A DNA stretch of 64,000 nt from Candidatus Dormiibacterota bacterium (GTDB lineage Bacteria; Chloroflexota; Dormibacteria; Aeolococcales; Aeolococcaceae): the NCBI GenBank assembly GCA_036378495.1, contig DASUWI010000129.1:1172-65171 (forward strand), written 5' to 3'. The translations under genes and the position numbers were made by a program. Below the pieces are notes generated by a model. That model had not been told where the DNA came from and searched no databases. It saw nothing but the letters and a program-made list of their open reading frames with translations. Shown here piece by piece: positions 50,580-60,741 of this stretch (positions are counted from its first letter, which is position 1; the number at the start of each line of letters is the position of its first letter).

Positions 50580-51599
50580 GTGCACACCGGGTACCGTTGG
50601 CCCGTGGACATCGCGGTGATAGTCGCGGGGGGCGTCACCGAGACGCTGCACGCGACGCCCCTCCTGCGCACCGTTCGCGCCGGGGAGCCAGAGGCCCGGA
50701 TCGTGCTGCTCTGCCCGGCGACCGCTGCGGCGCTCTGGGGCGGCCTCCCCGGGGTCGACCAGACGCTGCCGCTGACGGCGCTCGACGGAATCCCGTCGCT
50801 CGCGGACGGCATCACGGTCTGGGCTCAGCTGCGCCGTCGCCGGCTCGACGCCGTGCTGCTCTGCTCCCAGCTGGCGTCATTGCGGCTGGCCGCGTACATG
50901 GCGGCGGTCCCGCGGCGGCTCGGCCCGAGCGGCGGCGCCTCCGCCTGCCTGCTCACCGATCGAGGGGCGGCAGCACCCGGCGACAGCCCGGTGAACGCCT
51001 GGCTTCGGCTGGCGTCGCTCCTCGGCATCGGCGGCCAGCTCCACGAAACACGGTTCGAGCCGGGCGACGAGGCCCGCGCCCGGGCGGCGCGACTGCTCGA
51101 CGAGCACTGTGGCCATGACAGCCGCATATGGGTGGCGCTGGCGCCCGGCAGCGGCACCGTGCAAGGTGACGGGCTCGGCCTGGACTGGCATCCGGAGCGC
51201 TACGCGCTGCTGGCCAACGCGATCGCTCAGCGCAGCGGGGCCCAGGTCATCCTCGTCGGCACGCCCGAGGAGCGCCCGGGCGTCGAGGCGGCCAAGCTCG
51301 ACGTGGGTGTGGGAGTTGTCGACTTCAGCGCCGAGCGCGACCTGCTGGTGACCGCGGCGATCATCTCCCGCTGCGATGTGCTCATCGCGGCCGACGGTCC
51401 GCTGCTGCATCTCGCGGCCGCCGTTGGCACCCGCGCCGTCGGGCTGTACGGTCCCACCTCAGGGGCGATCTGGGGTCCCTACGGCGACGAGCACCGCGTT
51501 CTCCAAGCGCTGCCGGCGACGGCGGACGGCGACGGCGGCGCGCTCATGGATCGCATCCGCGTCGAGGATGTCCTGGCCGCCCTCGACACCGTGATGTGA
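50580..51599 (+). CDS. Glycosyltransferase family 9 (heptosyltransferase-like)
   Basis: 339 aa, GT-B fold. The C-terminal domain has the GT9-typical …AADGPLLHLAAAVGTRAVGLYGPT… motif. Confidence 0.65.
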   Translation: MHTGYRWPVDIAVIVAGGVTETLHATPLLRTVRAGEPEARIVLLCPATAAALWGGLPGVDQTLPLTALDGIPSLADGITVWAQLRRRRLDAVLLCSQLASLRLAAYMAAVPRRLGPSGGASACLLTDRGAAAPGDSPVNAWLRLASLLGIGGQLHETRFEPGDEARARAARLLDEHCGHDSRIWVALAPGSGTVQGDGLGLDWHPERYALLANAIAQRSGAQVILVGTPEERPGVEAAKLDVGVGVVDFSAERDLLVTAAIISRCDVLIAADGPLLHLAAAVGTRAVGLYGPTSGAIWGPYGDEHRVLQALPATADGDGGALMDRIRVEDVLAALDTVM

Positions 51600-51608
51600 G
51601 TCACACGC

Positions 51609-52139
51609 TCAGGTGCCGGCCACCCTCGCGAAGAGGATGTGGTCCTGCCAGCGCCCGGCGATGCGCAGGTAGTCGCGCGACACGCCGATGCGCTCGAAGG
51701 CGTTCTTCTCCAGCACTCGCTGTGACGCGAGGTTGCGCCGCAGCGTCGCCGCCTGCAGGCGATGCAGCCGCAGGTCTCCGAAGGCGACGTCGACTGCCGC
51801 GGCCACCGCGGCGGTGGCCACGCCGCGTCCGTTGACCGGACGGCTCACCCAGTAGCCGAGGTGCGCGCTCTGGAAACTTCCGCGGACGACGTCGGAGATG
51901 GTCAGCGTTCCCACCAGGGCGCCCTCGAGCTCGATGGCGTATGAGTAGCTCTCGTCGGCGCGTGTGCGGCGCATCGTGGCGCTGATGCGCTCCAGCTGCG
52001 CCGTCGCCGTGTAGAACGAGTCATCGGCGCGCGGCTGGTACGGGGCGAGAAACACACGGTTGGCCTGATACAGATGGGCGAGCGCGACCGCGTGGCGTCG
52101 TTGCAGCGGCGACAGGCGCACCGTCTCCGTCCGTTCCAT
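51609..52139 (-). CDS. GNAT-family N-acetyltransferase (RimJ/RimL-like)
   Basis: Starts MERTETVRL, 176 aa, with an acetyl-CoA-binding region (…VNGRGVATAAV…). The track ORF is extended upstream. Confidence 0.7.
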   Translation of the reverse strand: MERTETVRLSPLQRRHAVALAHLYQANRVFLAPYQPRADDSFYTATAQLERISATMRRTRADESYSYAIELEGALVGTLTISDVVRGSFQSAHLGYWVSRPVNGRGVATAAVAAAVDVAFGDLRLHRLQAATLRRNLASQRVLEKNAFERIGVSRDYLRIAGRWQDHILFARVAGT

Positions 52140-52683
52140 GATGCAGGGGGAGTTAAGCCTATACGCTTCTGCGGTGCCCGAATCGCTGCCGCCCCGAGAG
52201 CTGAGTGCGCTCATGATGGAGCAGGCCGCCGCCGGCGCCGAGCGGACGTCCGCGCGCTGCGGCGGATCTCGATCATCGAGGCGTCGTCGCTCGCAATTGT
52301 GGCGGGGCTTGCCGCGCTCTCCGGCTACGCCGCTACGCGGTGGTCCACCGATTCGTCGCATTCAACGCCTGGCTCGCGACCAACCCGGAATCGAACACCG
52401 CGGCGCCACCGGGACCGAGCTACATGCCGCAGTACCAGCAACCCGAGAAGCAGCGGGGGGTGACGCTCTCGTCCCAAGCCGAGGCGAACTGCACCGCCGA
52501 CGTCAAGGCTGGCGCCAACTCCGACAATTACATCCTGATCACGGTGCATCTGGTTCCTGGCCGGCATCGCCAGCCACTTCGCCTATCAGCGGCTGCGCTA
52601 CGCCACGACGGGCGTGGGCACGGCGATCCCGATCGCGGCGCTGATCCTGCTGGCGCTCAGCCCCAAGCCCCCGTAGGCGATGG

Positions 52684-53847
52684 CTACGGGGTGGGTTTGA
52701 TCACGGTGTCGCAATACGTGGAATCAGTGCCGGATGGCCCGCCGCACTGCTGGGTCGTGGCGAACTGGGCGCCCTGGCCGTAGTCGAACTCCGTCCCGGG
52801 ATAATCCACGCCGTACGTGAAGGCGCTCGCGGACGCGTTGAAGGTGAACCACGGGTAGATGCAGAAGGTGCCACCGTAGCTCGAGCAGTTCGCATTCACC
52901 TCTGCGGTGCCGCCGAAATCGCTCACCACCGCCCACTGCTTCGGCGTTGACCCGCCGGCGAAGCTCACGGATTTGATCTGCAGCGGCGCGAAGCCCTGCC
53001 AGTGGGACTTGTCGTACGAATCGCAGCCGGCCTGCCCCGGGAGGCAGAACCGGGCGGCGGGCGATGTGAACTCCGACGTGTGACCGATCTCCCACACGAA
53101 CGAGTTGGGGGTGTCATCCACCACACCCCAGCCGAGGGCATTGCCGATCTGCTGCCTGTTGAACGCGGGAAGCATGGGACCGTACTTGCTGTTGAGCACG
53201 ATGGTGCCGGAGTGCCCGGTGGTCACGTCGTTGACGCGGATGTGCCAGCCCTCGGCATGCGAGGCCACGAAGAACTGCACGGTGATCGTGTCGCCGGCGT
53301 TCATCACCAGGGGAGCAGAGGATGTACCGTCGAAAAGCTCGGCGTTGAACGCGGCGTCCTCCTTGCTGCTCAACGATGACACCTGCCACACCGGTGAGCA
53401 CACCGAGAACTTGTTTGGGGCGTATGTGACATTGAATCCGCCGGCAGACGAGCACGTGTTGACGATAGCGTCAGGATAAAACTGCACCTCGAGGAACCCC
53501 TGCCCGAACAGCGCGTGGGGGTCGGGATCCGTCACCGTGCCGCCCCACCAGAACGTGGGGCCCACCGCGGAGACGGGCACTGCGCCATCGCTTGGAAGCA
53601 CGGCCGTCCAGGTGAGGTCCTGCGCCGATCCGCCCAGCGAGGAGACGGGATCGAGTTCGGGTTCGTCGTGCCCGCTGCAGCCGGCCGTATACGAGATGTG
53701 GTATTCGTAGCCGTGGTTGAAGGGATGCGCAATGCAGTCGCCGGCGCCGGATCGTGCGGCTGCCGCAGGCACCGTAGACGTTGTCAGCGCAACCGACATC
53801 GCTGCGCAGATGACGGCCGACGCGACAGATAGCTGCCGAAATCGCAT
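52684..53847 (-). CDS. Secreted Cys-rich hypothetical protein
   Basis: Start set at MRFRQLSVASAVICAAMSVALT (signal peptide). ~12 Cys residues, and Gly/Ser/Thr/Trp-rich. No family recognised. Confidence 0.5.
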   Translation of the reverse strand: MRFRQLSVASAVICAAMSVALTTSTVPAAAARSGAGDCIAHPFNHGYEYHISYTAGCSGHDEPELDPVSSLGGSAQDLTWTAVLPSDGAVPVSAVGPTFWWGGTVTDPDPHALFGQGFLEVQFYPDAIVNTCSSAGGFNVTYAPNKFSVCSPVWQVSSLSSKEDAAFNAELFDGTSSAPLVMNAGDTITVQFFVASHAEGWHIRVNDVTTGHSGTIVLNSKYGPMLPAFNRQQIGNALGWGVVDDTPNSFVWEIGHTSEFTSPAARFCLPGQAGCDSYDKSHWQGFAPLQIKSVSFAGGSTPKQWAVVSDFGGTAEVNANCSSYGGTFCIYPWFTFNASASAFTYGVDYPGTEFDYGQGAQFATTQQCGGPSGTDSTYCDTVIKPTP

Positions 53848-53913
53848 ACTTCGCACACCCACGACCTCTCGAAATCCTTGGTGCCTGTTGGGCATTGATT
53901 CTAGGACGTCCTG

Positions 53914-54912
53914 TTATCGGATGTACATGAAGTTGCGCTTGAGCACGTCGAGGTTGTCGAGCGCGTAGCCGGTGCCCTTCACCGTGCACAGGTGCGGCTC
54001 GGAGTCGACGTGCACCGCGATGCCGCTCGACGCCTCCAGCGCGCGATCGAGTCCCTCGAGCCGCGCGCCTCCCCCGGTGAGCACGATCCCTTCGCTGCGG
54101 ATGTCGTTCAGCAGCGACGCAGGCGTATCGGCAAGCACCTCGTTGAGCGCCGACGCAATGCCGCGCACGTGCTCGTCGAGGCACGGTGCGAGCTCGGTCG
54201 AGGTCAGCGTCACCTCGTGTTCGGCGCCGTCGCGGCGGCCGCGCAGCCGCAGCCGCCGTTCCTCGTGCGTACCGACGCGCGTCAGCGACGCGATCAGCGC
54301 CTCGATCGTCTGCGACTCCACGCTGATGCCGTGCACGCTCGCCAGGTGGTCGACGATGCACGCGTGCAAACGCTGACCGCCATGATCGGCAAGCGTGCGC
54401 CCGGCAACCGTGCTCTCCAGCGCCACCACGGCGACGTCCGTCTTGCCCGCGCCGATGTCGACGACGCAGTGACCGTTGGAGCCGGACAGGCGCATCCCGC
54501 AGCCCATCGCCGCAGCGATCGCCGTGCTCAGCAGGTATGCGGTGCGCGCACCTGCGAGCATCGCCGCCTCCAGCAGCGTGCGGCGCTGATCACCGGGCAG
54601 CGCCGCCATCACGGCGATGACCACATCGGGCTTGAAGATGCGCTGCCGCCCCACGGCGCGGCTGACCACGTGGTTGATCAGTGCCCGCGCCGCCACGGAG
54701 TCGACCACGGCGCCGCCCATGACCGGGCGGTACAACCGCTGCCGCGGCGAGATGCTCGCCGCCTCCAGCGCCGCGGTGCCGAACAGCCCCGACCAGTCGC
54801 CCTCGGCGCCCAGCGCAACCACCGACGGCTCACCCGCGACCATCCCCTCTCCCTTCACCACCAGCCGCACGGTTGCGGTGCCGAGGTCGATCCCCAGCTT
54901 CTTGCCGAGCAC
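53914..54912 (-). CDS. mreB: Rod-shape-determining protein MreB (actin-like ATPase)
   Basis: 332 aa, with the phosphate-1 motif (GIDLGTATV) and adenosine motif of the actin/HSP70 fold. Confidence 0.85.
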   Translation of the reverse strand: MLGKKLGIDLGTATVRLVVKGEGMVAGEPSVVALGAEGDWSGLFGTAALEAASISPRQRLYRPVMGGAVVDSVAARALINHVVSRAVGRQRIFKPDVVIAVMAALPGDQRRTLLEAAMLAGARTAYLLSTAIAAAMGCGMRLSGSNGHCVVDIGAGKTDVAVVALESTVAGRTLADHGGQRLHACIVDHLASVHGISVESQTIEALIASLTRVGTHEERRLRLRGRRDGAEHEVTLTSTELAPCLDEHVRGIASALNEVLADTPASLLNDIRSEGIVLTGGGARLEGLDRALEASSGIAVHVDSEPHLCTVKGTGYALDNLDVLKRNFMYIR

Positions 54913-54913
54913 G

Positions 54914-56218
54914 TCAGTCGCCGATGACGCCGGTGAGGTCGCGCACCTCAGGCTCCTCGCCGGCCATCACGAGGCGCACCACGTCGGCGCCGAGATTGCG
55001 CAGCTTCATCTCCATGTCCTCGTACTTGCGGTCGAGGTGGTAGATGTGCGCGAGGTGCGTCGTCCCCTCGGCACACAGGCCGCAGATGACGAGCGCGGCG
55101 CCGCTCCTGATGTCGGGGATGGTGAGGTCCGCACCGTGCAGCCGCGACGGACCGGTGATGATCGAGCTGCGGCCTTCGACGCTGATCGCGGCGCCCATCG
55201 CGCGCAGCTCGGGCACGTGGCGGAAGCGATTCTCGTAGAGGGCCTCGCTGATGATGCTCGTGCCCCGCGCCTGCGTCATCAGGGCGCCGAACTGCGGCTG
55301 CAGATCGGTGGCGAACCCGGGATGCGGCCACGTGGTGACGTCGACGGAGCACAGGTGGCGCGCGCTGACACGCACCTGGCTGGCGCCCTCGACAACCTCG
55401 CAGCCGGCGGCGCGCAGCTTGTGCACCAGCGCTCGCACATCGACCGGCCGGATGCCCTCGACGACGGCGTCACCGCGGGTCGCCGCCGCCGCGACCATGT
55501 AGGTGCCCGCCTCGACGTAGTCGGAGGTCACCGAATGCGTGGTGCCGTGCAGCGGCCGGCCCGATCCCTCGACCACGATCAGCTCGGTGCCGACGCCGGA
55601 GATGTGGGCGCCCATGCCCACCAAACAGCGGGCCAGATCGTAGACGTGCGGCTCGCGAGCGGCGTTGCCGATGACGGTGATGCCGTCGGCGAGCACCGCC
55701 GCCATCATCAGGTTCTCGGTGCCGGTCACCGTCGGCAGGTCCATCTCGATGCGCGCCCCGTGGAGCCGCTCCGCGTGGGCGATGTACGCGTCGGGGGTCT
55801 CCTCCACCGCCGCGCCCATCAGCCGCAGCCCCTCGAGGTGCTGCTCCACGCGGCGCATGCCGATGTCGTCGCCGCCGGGCTTGGCGATCGTTGCGCTGCC
55901 CGCGCGCCCGGCCAGCGCGCCGAGGAGGAGCAGCGACCCGCGCATGCGCCGGGTGAGGTCGGCGCCGACCGAGGTCGGGCCCACCGACGCCGCCTCGAGC
56001 CGCCAGTCGTGGACGTCGAGACGGGCGACGGACACGCCGACGTGCTCGAGCACCCGGGCCATGGTCACCACGTCCTCGGTGCTGGGCACGTTGTGCAGCT
56101 CGACCGGCTGGTCGGAAAGCAGAGCAGCCGCCATCACCGGGAGGGCCGCGTTGGTGCTTCCCGAGACCGGCACCCGCCCCTCCAACCGCCCCCCACCGGC
56201 GATGCGCAGGCGTTCCAT
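54914..56218 (-). CDS. murA: UDP-N-acetylglucosamine 1-carboxyvinyltransferase (MurA), active-site Asp variant
   Basis: Starts MERLRIAGGG, 434 aa. The loop AKPGGDDIG has Asp in place of the fosfomycin-target Cys. The 770-aa track ORF is a frame extension. Confidence 0.9.
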   Translation of the reverse strand: MERLRIAGGGRLEGRVPVSGSTNAALPVMAAALLSDQPVELHNVPSTEDVVTMARVLEHVGVSVARLDVHDWRLEAASVGPTSVGADLTRRMRGSLLLLGALAGRAGSATIAKPGGDDIGMRRVEQHLEGLRLMGAAVEETPDAYIAHAERLHGARIEMDLPTVTGTENLMMAAVLADGITVIGNAAREPHVYDLARCLVGMGAHISGVGTELIVVEGSGRPLHGTTHSVTSDYVEAGTYMVAAAATRGDAVVEGIRPVDVRALVHKLRAAGCEVVEGASQVRVSARHLCSVDVTTWPHPGFATDLQPQFGALMTQARGTSIISEALYENRFRHVPELRAMGAAISVEGRSSIITGPSRLHGADLTIPDIRSGAALVICGLCAEGTTHLAHIYHLDRKYEDMEMKLRNLGADVVRLVMAGEEPEVRDLTGVIGD

Positions 56219-56290
56219 CTGCCAACCTACGGTACTTGGAAACGGGTGGATCGGGGCGGTCGCCCGCCCCGCGCAGCGGGGGTTGAGCAC

Positions 56291-57115
56291 GTGGCCGGCG
56301 AACACACGATCACAAGCAACGGCGCGCGGTTGCGCTACCTGCGCGAGGGGGCCGGCGAGCCCGTCCTCCTGCTGCATGGCTATCTCTTCGGCGCCGACTC
56401 CTGGCGGCCGCAGATCGACACCCTGCGCACCCGCTTCGACGTGATCGCCCTCGACCTGCGCGGCCAGTTCGGCTCGGAGGTCACCGCCGGCGGCTACGAC
56501 CTGTGGAACCAGGCCGAGGACGTCCGCGAGGTCATCGAGGCGCTCGGCGTGGCTCCGGTGCACCTTGTCGGACTCTCGATGGGAGGGATGATCGGCTTGC
56601 GCCTCGCGCTCCGTCATCCCGATGCCGTGCGCTCGCTGGTCCTGATGGACACCACCTCCGGTCCCGAAAACCCGGAGCTCGTCGAGCGCTACGAAGCGAT
56701 GGCCGAGGTGGTGGAGGCAGGTGACATCGAGGCCGTCGCACCGGCGCTGCCGCCGGTGTTCCTGGCAGACGACTTCATCGTCGAGCACTCCGACCAGGTG
56801 GACGCCTGGCTCGACCGCGTCCGCGCTGCCGACCCGATCGGCTTCGTGCACGCCCTGCGGGCCCTGAACACGCGCGACGACGTCAGCGAGCGGTTGGGCG
56901 AGATCGCCGTGCCCACGCTCGTGATCCACGGCGAGGAGGACGTCGCCATTCCGGTGGAGCGCGCCCGCGAGCTGCAGGCGGGCATCGCCGCGGCCAGGCT
57001 CGCGATGGTCGGCGGTGCGCACCAGTCGAACGTCGACCGCGCCGAGGAGACCACAAGCCTGATCCTCGACTTCCTGGTCAGCATCGCGACGCCGGCCGCC
57101 GATGGCCGAACATAG
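56291..57115 (+). CDS. Alpha/beta-fold hydrolase
   Basis: HG oxyanion motif (LLLHGY) and nucleophile elbow GLSMGG. The start (a GTG at 56291 or an upstream GTG at 56246) is uncertain. The 832-aa track ORF is a frame extension. Confidence 0.75.
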   Translation: MAGEHTITSNGARLRYLREGAGEPVLLLHGYLFGADSWRPQIDTLRTRFDVIALDLRGQFGSEVTAGGYDLWNQAEDVREVIEALGVAPVHLVGLSMGGMIGLRLALRHPDAVRSLVLMDTTSGPENPELVERYEAMAEVVEAGDIEAVAPALPPVFLADDFIVEHSDQVDAWLDRVRAADPIGFVHALRALNTRDDVSERLGEIAVPTLVIHGEEDVAIPVERARELQAGIAAARLAMVGGAHQSNVDRAEETTSLILDFLVSIATPAADGRT

Positions 57116-57152
57116 AGAACGGGCGAGGACGGCGCAGCAAGGAGATTCGAGC

Positions 57153-58229
57153 ATGGCAACGGCGACGCGAACGGCACTGGGCACCGTGGCAGGGCTGCTG
57201 GGGAGCGAGGCCGAGGACCTGCTCACACATCAATGCGAGACCATCCCGCGCGACCTGCTCCACCTTCCCGGCCCCGGGTTCGTGGAGCGCATGTGGGCCC
57301 TGAGCGACCGTCCCACGCCGGTCCTGCGCAGCCTCGAGAGCCTGCACGCACACGGGCGTCTGGGGGGCACGGGCTACCTCTCGATCCTGCCCGTCGACCA
57401 GGGCATCGAGCACTCCGCGGGCGCGTCGTTTGCTCCCAACCCGGAATACTTCGACCCGGAGAAGCTGGTGCGGCTGGCCATCGAGGGCGGCTGCAACGCC
57501 TTCGCGTCCACATTCGGCGCGATGGGCTCGGTGGCGCGGCGCTACGCCCACCGCATCCCATTTCTGGTCAAGATCAACCACAACGAGCTGCTGACCTACC
57601 CGAACAAGTTCGACCAGATCATGTTCGGCACGGTGCGCGAGGCATGGAACCTGGGAGCGGTGGCCGTGGGCGCCACCGTGTATTTCGGATCCGATGAGGC
57701 GGACCGGCAGATCAGGGAGGTGTCGGAGGCGTTCGCGCTGGCCCACGAGCTGGGCATGGCCACTGTTCTCTGGTGCTACTTGCGCAATTCGGCGTTCAAG
57801 CAGGACGGCACCGACTACGCCGTCGCCGCCGACCTCACCGGCCAGGCCAACCACATCGGCGTGACCATCCAGGCCGACATCATCAAGCAGAAGCTGGCCA
57901 CCACCAACGGCGGCTTCACCGCGCTCCACTTCGGCAGAACGTCACCGCTGGTGTACAGCAAGCTGACGTCGGAGCATCCGATCGACCTCTGCCGCTACCA
58001 GGTCGCCAACTGCTTCATGGGGCGGGTGGGCATGATCAACAGCGGCGGCGAGTCGGAGGGCTCGGCGGACATGGCCGACGCCGTGCGCACCGCGGTCATC
58101 AACAAGCGCGCCGGTGGCACGGGATTGATCAGCGGGCGCAAAGCGTTTCAGCGGCCGATGGACGAGGGCATCCGGCTCCTCAACGCCATCCAGGACGTGT
58201 ACCTGAACCCGGCCGTCACCATCGCCTGA
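57153..58229 (+). CDS. fbaB: Class I fructose-bisphosphate aldolase (DhnA/FbaB, archaeal-type)
   Basis: ATG preceded by an AAGGAG RBS. Motifs [13 protein letters not shown] and the Schiff-base lysine region (FLVKINHN) match the DeoC/FbaB class I aldolase family. Confidence 0.75.
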   Translation: MATATRTALGTVAGLLGSEAEDLLTHQCETIPRDLLHLPGPGFVERMWALSDRPTPVLRSLESLHAHGRLGGTGYLSILPVDQGIEHSAGASFAPNPEYFDPEKLVRLAIEGGCNAFASTFGAMGSVARRYAHRIPFLVKINHNELLTYPNKFDQIMFGTVREAWNLGAVAVGATVYFGSDEADRQIREVSEAFALAHELGMATVLWCYLRNSAFKQDGTDYAVAADLTGQANHIGVTIQADIIKQKLATTNGGFTALHFGRTSPLVYSKLTSEHPIDLCRYQVANCFMGRVGMINSGGESEGSADMADAVRTAVINKRAGGTGLISGRKAFQRPMDEGIRLLNAIQDVYLNPAVTIA

Positions 58230-58232
58230 GCC

Positions 58233-58931
58233 GTGGCGCGCTCCGGTGAGTGGGTGGAGTGGCACCGCGGCTACGAGAAGCCCGACGGCTTGCTGGCGCG
58301 CCGCCTCGCCGTGGTGCAGCGGCTCGTGGCCGCGGCGATCGACCGCGCTCCACCGGACGCGGTGCGCGTGATCAGCATGTGCGCCGGCGACGGACGCGAC
58401 CTGCTCGGCGTGCTCGCGGCGCATCCGCGCCGCCGCGACGTCCGCGCCCGGCTGGTCGAGCTGGACGAGAGCCTGGTGGCGCGCGGCCGCGAGCGCGCCG
58501 CGCACGAGGGGCTCGACAGCGTCGAGCTCGTGTGCGGTGACGCCTCCGACACCTGCGCCTACCGCGATGCCGCGCCCGCCGACGTGCTCCTGGTATGCGG
58601 CGTCTTCGGCAACGTTACTGACGAGGACGTCCACAACACCGTGGCGCGCCTCCCCGAGCTGTGCGCCCCCGGCGCCACGGTGGTCTGGACCCGGGGACGT
58701 TTCGAGCCCGACCTCACCCCGGCCATCCGGTCGTGGTTCGGAGATGCCGGGTTCGCGGAGATCGACTTCGTGCCCATCGCCGGCACCACCGCCGCGGTGG
58801 GCGCGCACCGGCTGACCGCGGCACCGCGACCATACGTCGCCGGCGTGCGCCTGTTCACCTTCCTCGAGGAGCGCGAGCGCCCGTCGCGGCGGTGTTCCGT
58901 TCCGTACCGCGCCACCCCGTCTCCCCCGTGA
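58233..58931 (+). CDS. SAM-dependent methyltransferase (class I)
   Basis: 232 aa with a Gly-rich motif I ([12 protein letters not shown]) and an acidic motif II. Substrate unknown. Confidence 0.55.
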   Translation: MARSGEWVEWHRGYEKPDGLLARRLAVVQRLVAAAIDRAPPDAVRVISMCAGDGRDLLGVLAAHPRRRDVRARLVELDESLVARGRERAAHEGLDSVELVCGDASDTCAYRDAAPADVLLVCGVFGNVTDEDVHNTVARLPELCAPGATVVWTRGRFEPDLTPAIRSWFGDAGFAEIDFVPIAGTTAAVGAHRLTAAPRPYVAGVRLFTFLEERERPSRRCSVPYRATPSPP

Positions 58932-59503
58932 CCCCGGCCCGCCTCGATCAGCTCCTGCCGGTTCTCCAGCGGTGCGAGTGGCTCTGCGAGTGTCTGGAGA
59001 TCGCCGCTCGCGTCAACGCACCCGACTGGTGGATCGGTGCGGGAGCGATTCGCGACGTCGTGTGGGGCGAGCGCTTCGGGCATGGTTTCGAGCCTCGAAT
59101 GGTCAAGGACGTCGACCTGGGTTTCTTCGACCCCGCAGATCTGTCGCCGGAACGCGATGCGGAGATCCGGTCGCAGCTGTGCTCGCACCCGCCGGCACGG
59201 AAGTGGGACGCCAAGAATCAAGCGGCAGTGCATCTCTGGTATCCACGGCGCTTCGGCGTTGCCGTGCAGCCTTTCGCCAACACGGAGGACGCCGTCGCCA
59301 CATTCCCCGAGTACGCGACGTGTGTCGCGGTGCGGCGAACGTCGTCGGGCTCGTGGGACGTCGCCGCTCCGCATGGGCTCGACGACCTGCTCGACGGAGT
59401 GTGGCGCCGCAACCCGACGCGCGTCACCGAAGCCGAGTACGAGGCACGCTTGCGCCGCAAGGACCCGGGGAGGCTGTGGCCCGGGGTGCGCGTCCTCCGC
59501 TGA
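58928..59503 (+). CDS. Nucleotidyltransferase-family protein (NTP_transf_6/DUF925-like)
   Basis: GTG start overlapping the preceding stop (GTGA). Sequence [13 protein letters not shown]…DVDLGFFD fits the small nucleotidyltransferase family. The 58661.. track ORF is a frame extension. Confidence 0.5.
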   Translation: MTPARLDQLLPVLQRCEWLCECLEIAARVNAPDWWIGAGAIRDVVWGERFGHGFEPRMVKDVDLGFFDPADLSPERDAEIRSQLCSHPPARKWDAKNQAAVHLWYPRRFGVAVQPFANTEDAVATFPEYATCVAVRRTSSGSWDVAAPHGLDDLLDGVWRRNPTRVTEAEYEARLRRKDPGRLWPGVRVLR

Positions 59504-60715
59504 TTACGCGCGACCCTCTTCGCGGCGCAGCTCTTCACGGCCGATGGCCGCGAGATGCACCTCGTCGGGGCCGTCCATGAACCGCGTCGCCCGCGCGTAG
59601 GCGTACATCTGCGTGAGCGGCAGGTCCTGCGAAACACCCGCTGCGCCATGCACCTGGATCGCGCGGTCGATGACGGCGCACGCCACGCTGGGCGCCACCA
59701 CCTTGATCGCCGAGATCTCGAAGCGCGCGCCGCGGCTGCCCTCGGTGTCCAGCAGCCACGCCGCCTTCTGACACAGCAGCCGTGCCTGCTCGATCTCCAC
59801 CCGCGACCGGGCGATCTGCTCGCGGACCACGCCCTGCTCTGCCAGGCGCTTGCCGAACGCCACGCGGGTGCGCGCACGGTCGACCATCAGTGAGAGCGCG
59901 CGCTCCGCGAGGCCGAGCATGCGCATGCAGTGGTGCAGCCGCCCCGGACCGAGGCGCACCTGCGCGATGAGAAACGCCATGCCCTCCTCGCCGATGCGGT
60001 TGCTCTGCGGCACGCGCACGTTGTCGAAGATGATCTCGCAGTGGCTGCCGGGGTCGTCGAAGCCGAACACCTGCAGCTGGCGCACGATGGTCAGCCCGGG
60101 CGTGTCGAGCGGCACCAGCACGAGCGTGTGCCGCTGGTGGCGCTCCGCCTCGGGATTGGTGAGGCCCATGAGCAGCACCACCCGCGCATTGGGATGCGCG
60201 GCGCCGCTGATGAACCACTTGCGACCGTTGATGACATAGTCGTCACCATCACGGTCCATGCGCAGCGCGATCTGCGTCGGGTCCGAGCTGGCGACGTCCG
60301 GCTCGGTCATGCCGATGCACGAGCGGATCTCGCCGGCGAGCAGCGGCCGCAACCAGCGCTCCTGCTGCTCGGGGGTGCCGAACTGGGCCAGTACCTCCAT
60401 GTTGCCCGTGTCCGGTGCCGAGCAGTTCATCGCCTCGGGGGCGAGCGGGGACCAGCCGGAGATCTCCGCCAGCGGCGCGTACTCGACGTTGGTCAGGCCC
60501 GCACCGAACCGCTCATCCGGAAGGAACAGGTTCCACAGGCCGCGATGGCGCGCCTCGGCCTTGAGCTCCTCGATCACCGGGGAGATGCGCTGCGGGATCG
60601 TCGCCGCCGAGAACTCCTCCCAGTAGCGCGGCTCGGCGGGCCGCACGCGCTCGTCGATGAAGGCCCACAGCCGTTCGCGCAGCTCGCGCACCCGGGTCGA
60701 CTCAGTGAACTCCAC
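59504..60715 (-). CDS. Acyl-CoA dehydrogenase (ACAD10/11-like)
   Basis: 403 aa with N-terminal, middle beta-barrel and C-terminal helical domains and a catalytic Glu near the C-terminus. Confidence 0.85.
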   Translation of the reverse strand: MEFTESTRVRELRERLWAFIDERVRPAEPRYWEEFSAATIPQRISPVIEELKAEARHRGLWNLFLPDERFGAGLTNVEYAPLAEISGWSPLAPEAMNCSAPDTGNMEVLAQFGTPEQQERWLRPLLAGEIRSCIGMTEPDVASSDPTQIALRMDRDGDDYVINGRKWFISGAAHPNARVVLLMGLTNPEAERHQRHTLVLVPLDTPGLTIVRQLQVFGFDDPGSHCEIIFDNVRVPQSNRIGEEGMAFLIAQVRLGPGRLHHCMRMLGLAERALSLMVDRARTRVAFGKRLAEQGVVREQIARSRVEIEQARLLCQKAAWLLDTEGSRGARFEISAIKVVAPSVACAVIDRAIQVHGAAGVSQDLPLTQMYAYARATRFMDGPDEVHLAAIGREELRREEGRA

Positions 60716-60741
60716 GGCTCAGCCGGATCGCCTGCCGCGCG

